From Eutreptiella sp. 'Long Island Sound 2002' (lineage: Eukaryota > Protista > Euglenida): a stretch of DNA of 64,000 nucleotides. The notes beneath the pieces are model-generated. The model was not told where the DNA came from. It did not search any database and was given only the letters and a program-made list of their open reading frames with translations. The translations under genes were made by a program, and so were the position numbers. Shown here piece after piece: positions 38,301-48,962 of the stretch (positions are counted from its first letter, which is position 1; each line of letters opens with the position of its first letter). The DNA lies in the NCBI GenBank assembly GCA_964036045.1, contig OZ038378.1, forward strand, positions 188,108,001 to 188,172,000. Direction: 5' to 3'.

Positions 38301-39611
38301 CTGCTGCACCGATGCGGCGGGGGCCCAGATGCATTGTGGGTGCGGCCTGTGGAGAAGGCTGTGTACATGGTCTGGGCCCCCACCATTGCGAATCCCCCCA
38401 TGCCGGGGGGGAGGGGGGGTATTGACTACGGTCCTTGCTGCACTGCCACTCCTGGCACAATTTGTAGTGTCGCCGCTGCCAGCGGTGCTGCTGGGAGCTG
38501 TTGCTGCCATTGCTGTTGCCACTGGTTTTGCTGCGGGGGGCCCGATGCACATTCTCGCGCCCAGTGGCCATACATTCCGCACCTGAAGCACGGGCCAAGT
38601 GGTCCCCCGGGGCCTTGTTGTTGATGGGCTGGGGCCGGGGCTTGGGGCGGTGCGTGGCATTGTGCATCCGGTGCCGGTGGACCCTGTGGCTGTGTCGTGA
38701 CTGCCACATATGTCGCACTCCACGTGGCATCCCGCAGCGCCCGCTGATTCCGGTGTGGACACATCCGCGGCCTCATACTGGGCTAGCGCAGCAAGCGCAC
38801 TACGTGCCAGGCCTTGTCGGGGGGCCTTGTCCGCCATCAGCCGTATCTGCTCCAGTGTACATTGGGGCACTTGCGGCGCACGCAACTGTGAAAGGCGCGC
38901 CTCCAGTTCCTCGATTTCGCGGCTGATCGCGTCTGGAGCACTCTGCGCACGTGCTTGCGGCTGGGGCTGCGCCGGGACACCCGCCCTCGCCTGTGATGCG
39001 TTCTTGGGCGGGGGGACCTGCTAGTCGGCCTTTTCGACATCAAGAAACGTGCCAGTAGTGCGCTCGTACAACGCCATCAAGAGGAGGCACTCGTGCAGCG
39101 GCTTTTCCGGTGCCGCCGAGTCCGTGGCCCTGTCCACGCCAGCCTGTGAAAGGCCCCTCCCCATGAGCTCCGCGTGCATGCCCGCCGCTGCCGCACCACA
39201 GTCATCGGCATCCAAGAACGCCACCACGTGTCTCAATGGCCCGTCTCTCCATCTTGCTCACGCCTCGAATTGCTGAGATGGAGCGTGGGGCATGTCTGCG
39301 TCGGATTCAAAAGCCAGCTTGCGCACCTTCACGCCGTCCTCACAGCCACTTGTTGGCATGCCTCCCCGCAGCCGTCCCAGCATCTCCAAGGTCGCCTCGT
39401 TCTGTACGCCGTACTCCCAAAGCCCGCAGTCATCCCTCGCCGGCTCCTTTCCCGCATACACGATCTTCTAGTTCCTGGGCATCTCACCCGTCTTGGCGTA
39501 CACTTGCTCCTTGATGCTACCAACGGTGTCACGCAGGTTGTCCACGGAGGCCACTAGCGTGCGCCCAGGCGACTTCAGGAACACTTGGCCTTTCGCACTC
39601 TTGGCCACCAT
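35330..39611 (-). mobile_element. Decayed tyrosine-recombinase retrotransposon, order Ubl-gag, YR, RT, RNaseH (VIPER/TATE-like)
   Basis: Zinc knuckle CFRCGMYGHWAREC (~38540-38600). YR N-terminus WAEDTVSNWTREL..ATLRGVVSSIRMV..HWLLC (~37750-38030). RT TKLDLQNCYWSI..VPFGWH*..QYLGNILF (~36380-36870). RNaseH-like AVDAA..FMDNARAL..QQRIVRR..LNPAYPVSR. Stops and frameshifts present. Confidence 0.8.
39361..39590 (-). pseudogene. Ubiquitin-like domain at the start of the retroelement ORF1
   Basis: QVFLKSPGRTLVASVDNLRDTVGSIKEQVYAKTGEMPRN*KIVYAGKE..LWEYGVQNEATLEMLGRLRGG, with one in-frame stop. Confidence 0.75.
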
Positions 39612-39714
39612 GGTTCCAACGGACCTTGCGGCAAGTGCCGTCCGTGTTCCGTTCCCATCATGCATCCGGGCCCCGCTTGCTGCACATATTGGCCTTGCGT
39701 TCTCCCCTGCACCT

Positions 39715-40925
39715 GCAGCTTGAGCTCGGCATGCGCGTTTCGGCCACGAGCTAGACCCACAAGTTCGAGAACACCAGTAGGGTCTCGGTCCCCGGCCTTA
39801 TCAAGTGGACCACCACCGACACCGTAAGCCCCTGGGCCGCCCTCCAACACAACCCGTGGGCCCAGGACGGCCAGCGAGGGCCGTACGTGGGTTTGGCCAG
39901 TGGACCCCAAGTAGTCCACATCGTCGTCAGGGTGGGCCTGAGGGCCAACATGGAAACACGCAGGTTCGGCGCTAGGTGCAGCAGCGTGCTCGTCCAACAG
40001 CCCAGGGGTGAAGGTGCACAACACGGTCCCGCGAGTGTGGTTGGCCGCAATCTCATGGGTATCATGGGCCGTCTTTGGCTCGCGGTCGCGTTTGAAGGTC
40101 TTGGGATCAGCAGCCAACTCGGCGTCGTCCCAACCGTCGTGGGGTACCAACCACTGCAAGTGGTCGAGCCTGACCTCCATCACCTTCAACCCAGCGGGAG
40201 TGCTAGGCCCCGTCGGCAAGCGCGTCGGCGGCGTGGGAGGCCCAGACCCCAACATGCCCCTCGTCGTCCACCTTGCTCCGCACGTAGTGGCTGGGCATGG
40301 AGGTCAAAAGCAAACGGCGGTCAGTAATCACCACAACCTGCAGGCGGTCGTCGAACACGCAACATACAGCCATGCAGCCGTTCTTGACCGCCTGCACACG
40401 TAGCCCCACGAGTTGGTCATGAGGGCTGAGGGCTTCTCCAAGGTGGGGCAGACAACAGGCCCCCATAGTACCCATCAGGACATCTTGGCAGGCCTTGCTG
40501 GCATTCACGTACTGGGCGCGCACGAGGCTGGAGCTGCCAAAGTGGTTCAGACTACCCCCAGAGAAGTTCCGAGCACCACTTTGGAACCACGCAGGCTCCG
40601 TGCTAGTCCCACCAGTGTGCTGGGCCAACAGCTTCATGATCAAGTAGCCCACAGTACCCAATATAGCCCAACCGGCGTGTGTGACTTTGGCCTCGTGGTG
40701 ACTCTTGGAGTTCTTGGGGTCGGCAGCCAAATCATCGTTTGTCCAACCGTAGCAAGGCCCCAACCACTGCAAGCGGTCGAATCTTATCCCCATGCCCTTC
40801 AGCTTAGCGGGGGCGCCCGGACTAGGACCAGGGCCAGGACTTGCAACCACGGGATGGGCGCGCATCAAGCTGGAGCTGCAAGAGTGGTTTGGACCGCCCC
40901 CAGGCAAGTTTCGAGCGCCAGCTTG
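39715..40925 (-). pseudogene. Lhcb: Tandem degenerate LHCII (chlorophyll a/b-binding) pieces: two near-complete units plus one fragment
   Basis: YGWTNDDLAADPKNSKSHHEAKVTHAGWAILG..AWFQSGARNFSGGSLNHFGSSSLVRAQ..KNGCMA (~40330-40800); GWDDAELAADPKTFKRDRE..GGGPL..HAELKLQ (~39715-40195); GARNLPGGGPNH fragment (~40860-40925). No introns seen. Confidence 0.8.
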
Positions 40926-41397
40926 TGCAATGCCACTGACGGCTGGCTCCTGCCCAATCACATTCTCATGCAGGCGCTCCTTCAGATGCAGCAGCAAAGA
41001 GCTTCGGCCGCCGATGACCTTCTCCACAGGGGTGCCAGTCCACCGCGCCACGATGCCTGCAATGTGCTCTGCGGTGACAACCACGTCGCCGTGACTGGCC
41101 TAGGCAGCCACTGGACCAACAGGTTTGTCGCCCGTCATGCCTTGGAGCTTGTCCTCAATCTCCTGAATTTGGGCGCGCACGACCACAAGTTGCTCGAATT
41201 CACGGGAGTGCGATTGGTCAGCCTTCACTTGCTTCAGCGTGCACACCTGCTTCTACAGCTTTTGCACCTCCAAGGACTCTGCCACGCGTTGACACGAACC
41301 GGCCTTCTCCAGCAAGTCATTGGCTTTATCCAGAAGGAAGCGGTCATTGATGTACTGCGCCGACAGCTTTGTTGTTGCCTCCACGGCCTCATGCGTG
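40925..41397 (-). pseudogene. clpC: ClpC-type Hsp100 fragment (end of AAA-1, short M domain, start of AAA-2)
   Basis: [33 protein letters not shown]...VVTAEHIAGIVARWTGTPVEKV..LLLHLKERLHENVIGQEPAV. Two in-frame stops. The short middle domain favours ClpC over ClpB. Confidence 0.8.
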
Positions 41398-41929
41398 TGC
41401 GCGCAAGCCACTGAAGTTTTGCCCACGGGGGTGGGGGGGTGACGGCAACATTGACAGTGTCAATGACAATAACCCACCCCCCTCACCCAGCGCCTTGTTT
41501 GCCTGTACAATTGATGTCCTTTGTAAGCATCACACTTGCAGGGGGTTATTATTGTGGTAAAGGGAGGGAGACCGCGCTAAGCCATCTGGCTATGGTCTTC
41601 AGACTTGGGTCACGTCGCCGTACACGGTCCGGTGTGTGGTCACTACCGGGATGATGTGCGGCCGGGCTTGCCCACGTTTCGGGGGGGTGGGGGGGGAGCA
41701 GGAGGACAGGGCTTGTGCCTGGGCACCCTCGGGGCGCATGGTGCACATGGTTTGAGACCGGCTCCACCAGCGCCAAAAGGCCCTGCAACCGAGGTCACCA
41801 CGGTCTTGTACTGTCCTGGCGCATGCTCACACGTTAGAGCTATCGCTATGCCCGCCGGGATGGTGCCGGCGTCGGTTGCTACTATGGCCGTGCCAATCGT
41901 GGCGAGCGGCAGCAACTCATAACCATATA

Positions 41930-42840
41930 CTTAGCTCCGTCCGGAGCTACACGTTCATGGGCGCTGCTATCAGGGCGTAGCGGGGGTACAACGTGGTATG
42001 CACCCCAAAGTGCCCTCACAAGTGTGTCCTCAAAGTGGGGTCCAGCTCCGACGGCATTGCTACTGGGGCGCTAAGGGCCATGTAGAGTGGGCCTTTGCTA
42101 GGATGCCCCAGGCACTTGTGGGTAAGGCACTGGGCTAGGTACGTGAAGTGCGCCACTACCTCTGTACGGAGCTCTATCCATGGTTTCTGGCTGTTGGGTG
42201 TGCGTTATCGATGGTACCGCATGTTGAGCTTGCCGCCCCTACGCTCACCTGCCCCCGGTGTAGCACCGGGATCACGGCCAGCTAGCCCCCATAGACCTAC
42301 AAGAGTGGTTCCAGAAGCAGGTTGTGATCCCCGTTCGGGTGCTCTACGAGCACTGATGGGGACTGAACTACCAGCCGGGCCTCGGCCTTCCCTTGGACTG
42401 GTGTACCAGTGAGGAACAACGGCACCTTGTGGCCCATCCAATGCGCAACCTACCCAGCATGATGGTGCTGGCGGAGCGCTCCGCACACCACAATGTACGG
42501 TTGAGCACGCAGTGCCTACCGTGTGACAGCTACCCAGAGGCGGCCTGCCACCTGGGGAATGCCCAGAGCACTCCCGTGAGTGGCGCCCAGCCCACCAACA
42601 CCTACACATGTATGTAACCACGTACGTGAGGCCGCAGGCATCGCAGATACAAGGCCAACCGTGGGACTCAGCTATCATGGAGCAGTGGTCGGCGGCAATC
42701 GCGACACCGTTCCTACGGGCGGCTCACATGGGACTGGTGGGATCGCACGATATGGGGACGGAGTTCATGTGGCAGGTGTCGTTGGAAACACGGAAGGTCT
42801 AGCTTGCCTACGCCAAGGCCCGAGAGGTCCTCATTAAGGC
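41930..42840 (+). mobile_element. Degenerate LINE 3'-region fragment
   Basis: Broken frames with QCLPCDSYPEAACHL (Cx2Cx7H-like) and WDSAIMEQWSAAIATPFLRAAHMG. Family assignment is tentative. Confidence 0.4.
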
Positions 42841-45800
42841 CCGCGTGGGGCCGGGAGGCACTATGGTGTGGGCGTTGCGGGAACTACAACTGCACCAACA
42901 GGCGGAGCGGCAAGGAATCCCCAAGGCCGCCTTGAACTAAGGCTGCTGATTATAGGGAGGACTCTTGCCCCATCACAGGTGCGCACTGTGTGCCTAGCCA
43001 CACAGCCCTCCCGGTTTGCACTACCCATATGCAACCATCCCGGCCATTGCCATTTGGTAACAACGCCTTTGGCACACCACACCTCACCACACCACACTAC
43101 ACCACACCACACGGCACAGCACCACCCCCCCCCCCCCCGCTCTCCCCCATGCAAGAGGGATTTGTGAAAAGGGAAGCGGTGCACAAACGAGTGGGTGGGT
43201 GCCACTCCCGTACGACCCTCAACCTTCCCTCCTTCGCTCGCTGTTGGTGAGTGCCCGTCCATGTGGACACCCTCACCCCGGTATGGTAATCAACCATCTG
43301 AGGTCGGTAGGTAGAAAGCCTTAATCCCCGGCCACCACCCCCAGCCTCTACAACAGAGAAGAGGACGTGGGCCAGGTAACAACCCCCACAACCCCCTTCC
43401 CCCCCCCGGAGGAGCCCCTCCCTATCAAGCCACCACGGATGGGGCTCTTTGTGGGGTAAATACACCAACCAACCGCCGCTCAAATGTAAGAATTACAACC
43501 ACCCACCCTCCTCTTCATTCTCAACCTCAACGGTGGGAAGTCCCGGGGCCAAGACCGAAGAACCTCGGTGAAAGCCGGATGGTCAGGCTGCGCACAATTA
43601 ACAGTGTCCGCGCATGCCATGCCGACGGAGCTTGCTCCCAGGTCCTTGAACACCGTGGCTATCTATGCCGGAGATTGACCAGTGGCCGCCACCTCCCACG
43701 GCAGTCCAGCCTCCGGCAACACCGTCTCCACCTCCTCATAGGAGTTACTAATAGGACTTACTCTACCTCACTCTACCCCATTCTAGGCACGCAACACAGG
43801 ACAGACTCTAGGTAGGGCCCCATACATGGAACAGGGGAGAAACCCTTGTGATATGGGCCAGCTAGAGGTCCTGACACACTTGCCCCTCACGAGGGTACCG
43901 GCGCGCCTTGCGTAACCACACCTTGTTGTTTCCCCTTATAACACGCAAACTGCCACTTTGTGTCTCCCACCCCCCCTCCCCGGGAAGAAAACACATAGGG
44001 TGTTGTCCATGCGCTTCGTGGTCCACTTGGTGGGAAGACCCACACTAGCACAAGGTCAACGGACAGCGTTGGGAAGCACCGGCATGGACAATACAAGGCA
44101 CAACCACCCCCAACACACGCTCTTGAGGAAGACACCCGCAGTGCACCCCCCGAGGCGCCCCCTCGGCTGGGACCACCAGTCTGGTGCGACGGCCATTCCC
44201 CCCAAAATGAGAACCCATGCCTTTCCGGGAGGGCCATCCCCGTTGACTGCAACCACCGGCACGGCGGGAAACTCCAACCCCCCGGCCTGTGATCCTGCTC
44301 CTTTTGGGGGAGGACCATCCCCCGTAGGCGCCCCAGAAGCTGCGACCACCGGCACGGCGGGAATCCCCCTCCCCCCGGCCCATGATCCCCCTCCTTTCGG
44401 CGAAGGACCGTCCACCGCGGGCGATAGTGTGTACGGGTGCACAGGCACTTGGTGGTGTGGGTGTGCGCTCTCAATAGCCCCCTTCAAAGTCCCACAGCAC
44501 CACGTTGCGGCTAGGGGCATTGCCCCTGTTCTGTCTGTTGCTCTGACCAATGTCCCAATCTCACCTACTGAAACGGGTCCCAAGCTCTTGGGGACAAACG
44601 ATGTAGACAACCTTCCCCCACCCCAAAACCCTAACAAGTGCACACACCAAAAAGCACAAACCGAAACACTCACATCACCTTGTTGTCAACCCCCCCTATC
44701 TAGGGTCTGACACTACAGCAACCTATCAAATGGGGGTCATGGGCCTAACCATCACCTGACCTCGACGGCTCCATGACGGCCTGTGTGGCCATGTTCAAAA
44801 GTTGTAGCTACATCCAACTACAAGGTGGGTCGGCAAGGCAAGTGGGTGAAGGTGCAACATCACACTTTTGCAAGTGCATGTCAACTACTTCCGGGGCAAC
44901 CCTGTCAACCGCTTCTCTCCGACCCCCAAAAGCCCTCCAACTTGTTCGTACCTACCAGAAACTGCCGCCCAACCTTTTTTCGAATTGCCAGGTAAGACCT
45001 TTGTTGCCACATTTGAAAACCTAGCCCCCCGCTGCTCCTCCAAGGGGGGGGGTTTGGTTTGATTTGGTTTGCCCTACGGTATTGGAGGCCACCACAGGGC
45101 CGTCTCCTCACACTCGGAGGTCGCAATGCGCAGTCTCCCCAATCCAACGTCCTGTTGGGGGATCGGGGGGATGGGGGGTCGCGGCGGTGTGCTCTGCCCC
45201 CGTCGTGGGTATCCTGTGCCCGCGTGTTGTGTTAGGTGGTCCACACATGCAAGCCTCGCTGGATGGTGGGCGGGGGGGGGGGGGATGTCATGCCTCCAAA
45301 ATGATTAGCACATTGCCACTATGTAAGCCCCCCCCCGGTTGTACAGGGGGGGGGGGGGGGCAAGAGGGGTGTTGGCCGGATCCCCCCTCCTCCTATGGCC
45401 ACCAAGGGTTCTCGCCGAAGACGGAAAATTTTTAAAGCTTAAATCCTCTTGGCACCAAAGGCACCAAAGCAAAATTCGGCGCAAACACGGGAAGGGGAGG
45501 AGGGGGGGGGGGTCGGGGGGGGGGGGGTCCTCCTATGGTTGTCGGCCGTTCTAATGCATCCCTACGTGCGGGGGGTTGTCCAATTGCCACGGGGGGCCAA
45601 AATGATCCCCGGTTGGAACCCTGGACACTAGGGCGCAGGCCCCCTAGACGGTGTCTCCTCTGGTGGTGCTCCGCGTGGTCCGCTTCGGGTTGTTTGCATG
45701 AAATTGGCGCTGGTTGGGACAAGAACCAAACTCTTTTGGGGTATCGTTTAGCAATCAAAGAGGCCATAGGCCAGTCGGTTTCGGATGTGGAAAAGAACAA

Positions 45801-46914
45801 CAACACGAGGAGTCCTTTCCATCCCTTCCATTTCTCGGTTTGCAGCATGTCGTTGTTGTTCCCTGCCCAAGTCCACCTTGTCATCGGTGTCAATGCCATC
45901 CATTCCAAAGTGGTAATGAAGGCCAATACTCGTTTGGCCCAAGGGGGGCTGGGGGGGGCTGACGGAATGTAGGCGAAATGAGAACCATGAGCTACGCGCC
46001 CAGAAGCCGCCATCTTCGAAAATATTTGCTTGCCGACACGTGATACCTGACTACACCCTCAAAAACCTTGCGTGAGCCTAAAATCACGCGCATGACGAGC
46101 AAACTACCACCCAACTGCCACCACCACTACCAAAACCTCGATGCATCGAGAATTCCTCTCGCGGAATTGTGGTCGCGGAATTGATGGTCATGTTATGCGG
46201 TGCACTTGATGCTAGGGCAATTGCAACACCATGGCGGATGCTTCCACCGTATGAGATACGGCAACACAATTCGCTCCTATATGCAACCAACCTTGTGAGA
46301 GTCCTTTTCGGCTTGGTTTCCTTGCGCGGCGGTGAAAAAACAACACAAGGAAAGAAAACTGCACATTTGAAGTAGAGCCATAATTTTTGTCTTCCTTGGA
46401 GGTTTCCGTTGTCCTACGTGACGTCGGTGTTAGTCCTACAGCTATACCAAAATCCTGTGCTGCAGTAGAAGTTTTCAACAATATCACCAGAAAAGGAGTA
46501 CACGTCGCAGCAATCACACACGGGACGGCAATGACGATATTGCGACTTGTTCAAACGGCAAATAATTCTGCTCACATCATTGTCCAAGGCGACAAATAGA
46601 TACGTATCACTGCCAATGCAATACAATTAATATCAACAAATAAAATTGGAAGCATAGAAAGATGTATGGTTCACGCGATGTGCGACTAGTGCGCCCTGCT
46701 GTGTGCACAGCCATTGCAGTCGGCCACACTTTGCACGTCGCCGGCTTCCGGCCTGGCATGCCCTCGTAGGCCCAAAGCGGACAAAAGGGGTTGGGATGAG
46801 GGACCACGGCAAGGTGCAAGGTCAACCACTGTGGCCACCGGAACCAATAGGGCAAGGTTAGGTGGAAGCACCAGTTCAAAGCACCGTTTGTGTCACCGAG
46901 CGCGAAGCACATAC

Positions 46915-47038
46915 TTATTCTTGTAGTTCCAAATGCGCACGTCCTTATCATCCGATGCACTGGCCAACAAGCCGCTGACATGCGAGTTCGGGTGGAATTT
47001 CACGCCAGTTACGCGAGCCGAATGGCCGTATAATGCTC
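46915..47038 (-). CDS. GEMIN5: Gemin5-like exon 2
   Basis: cag|GA...AA|gtatgt. Reads (G)ALYGHSARVTGVKFHPNSHVSGLLASASDDKDVRIWNYKN(K), a WD40 repeat similar to GELVGHTERVSG..LCATSSDDGTVKIWD. Phase 1 to 2. Confidence 0.9.
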
Positions 47039-48658
47039 CTGCACAATAGCCGGTCGAGGCATTGGCATTGTGGTTGGGCGGCTCAACGGGGCGTTTTAAG
47101 GGCGCATGGAGGTTTCCTTCGCAACTTTGTGTTTCAAGCCCGCTCTAGTTCGCCCTGTGCTGTTGAACACCACCGAATTCCAAACTGAGCGGCACAACAC
47201 TAACATCGCAAGGAGATGGGGCAAGGAGTGAATGTTGTTAGATCTCTGGACTACCGAGAGCTTCCGAGCATCGAGCCCTCTCCGCAGGGCCCCGTGATGG
47301 TAAGCTTGGCGGAGTGAACACGCGACCCTTTGTGGCGCGCATTGTGTGGGTTGTGTGGGGTGGTGCCTCATGGATCCTCCAAGTGTGGAGTCGCTACCAA
47401 GGAAATTGCCCGTTTGATAGCTCACAGGGTTCTTTTTTCGCACTACCTCCAACGGTCTTTCCGCGTCTTGGGACCTAAGGGGAGGGGTTGATAGGATTGA
47501 CAAATGAAGGTGATTTAGAAATTCTCGGTCATGCAAACCGTTAACCTTTTTTGACGAGACGCCACCTCAAATGAAAATAGAGAAGCGCGTACGTGTGAGG
47601 GCCAAAATCAGCAAAACACTCGGTGCTTCCAAATGAATGCTTGCGGGAAGTGGTATGCCGCACTCAAACAATTCCTTGTACATCGCATGGGTGACGGAGG
47701 TCATAGGTGGACGTGAAATACCACACACCCTTGTGCAACCCTTGCCATGCTGCCTTGCCATTGGGGTTATCAGAATTAAGGCCCTCAAGGCGCTCTTGTC
47801 ACGCCGTCACGTGGCAAAGGCAAGGGACACCCAACTTCCAAAATGAGCGGCACAACCCTAACGACTTTGGGGAATTGCTCGTATTCTGGGAACCCCCCCT
47901 CAAGAGCACGCAATCACAATAACAACATGCGTATTAGTATGCATCTACACCTCCTTGTGCGCACAACCAAAAGAGCTACCAACCCGGATAGCCGGCCATA
48001 TCTAGTCCACCACGCTACCCGGGGGGGGGGAGGGGGCAAAAGTATGCAACTACATCTCACCGTGGCTCGTAACACCCCCCCATGGTTTCAAAAAATATGG
48101 CCCGGGCAAATGTTCCGACCCCTCTTTTTGAGTCTCATAGGTTTTGTGGGAGGTGGTAGCGAAACGTAAACCCAAAATAGCCCCCGAGCAATCGTCCATG
48201 GGCATGTTTGCAAATCACTTTTCCCTTGCACGAGTGAGATGCATTCCAATGTGGTTCAGCTTTGTCTAGGTTGGGCCAACCAACATGGGTTCAATCCGCA
48301 ATACGACATGGCGAATTGGATGCATTAATTAATGAAGTAATTAATTGCTCCACCTGATGCATTAACCAGCTGTTGGCTGTAAACAGCAACCAATTTCAAG
48401 GGGCTGTTCCACCTTCTCTCCAAAAAAGTTACTTCTTAGCAACCCATTCAAGTAGCCAACCTCATGCCCGTTTGGGCGTCACGGTGAGACGAGATTTCCA
48501 CAAAGGGTAAAATACAAGTGGAGAGAGAAAATCACAATGTGAAATCCAAGATTAAAGTTTTAGGTGCATATGTAGCGTAATCACATTGGCAATTTACCTC
48601 ATTCCGTTGTTATCTCAAACACTCATGACCCATGGAACAAAAAAAACATGGCGCATAC

Positions 48659-48791
48659 CCAAGAACAATTGGTTGTGCACCGTAAACAACATGACTTGAT
48701 AGCGACTTCCAAATGCGAGAACGCCTTGTGCATTTACATCGCTAACACGGGCAAAATACCAATTGGGGCTCGAAGGTATTAGACACGACAT
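48659..48791 (-). CDS. GEMIN5: Gemin5-like WD40 protein, exon 1 (start codon)
   Basis: Reads ATG48791 MSCLIPSSPNWYFARVSDVNAQGVLAFGSRYQVMLFTVHNQLFL(G), matching the recalled Gemin5 N-terminus LPPSPNWYCARCSD..GLFGFAAR. Donor G|gtatgc, phase 1. Confidence 0.85.
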
Positions 48792-48798
48792 GTGGCTG

Positions 48799-48815
48799 CC
48801 TAAAAAGACAACAAG
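48799..48815 (-). promoter_or_regulatory. 3' splice acceptor 8 nt upstream of the Gemin5 ATG (possible spliced-leader trans-splice site)
   Basis: Minus strand reads ttgttgtctttttag|gcagccacATG: pyrimidine tract plus AG. Could equally be the acceptor of a cis 5'-UTR intron. Confidence 0.45.
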
Positions 48816-48851
48816 TGTAGGACTTGATCAACGGCTATTCTCGGCCACACA

Positions 48852-48962
48852 AACACACACACACACACACACACACACCCACACACCCACCCACCCACAC
48901 ACACACCCACACACACAGACATACCCACACCCACCCACCCACCCACCCACACACACACACAT
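48852..48962. repeat. (CA)n/(CACC)n microsatellite
   Basis: Direct observation. Confidence 0.9.

Noticed and set aside
16595-48658. Euglenid non-canonical introns in Gemin5
   Set aside because: All reconstructed junctions are conventional GT-AG.
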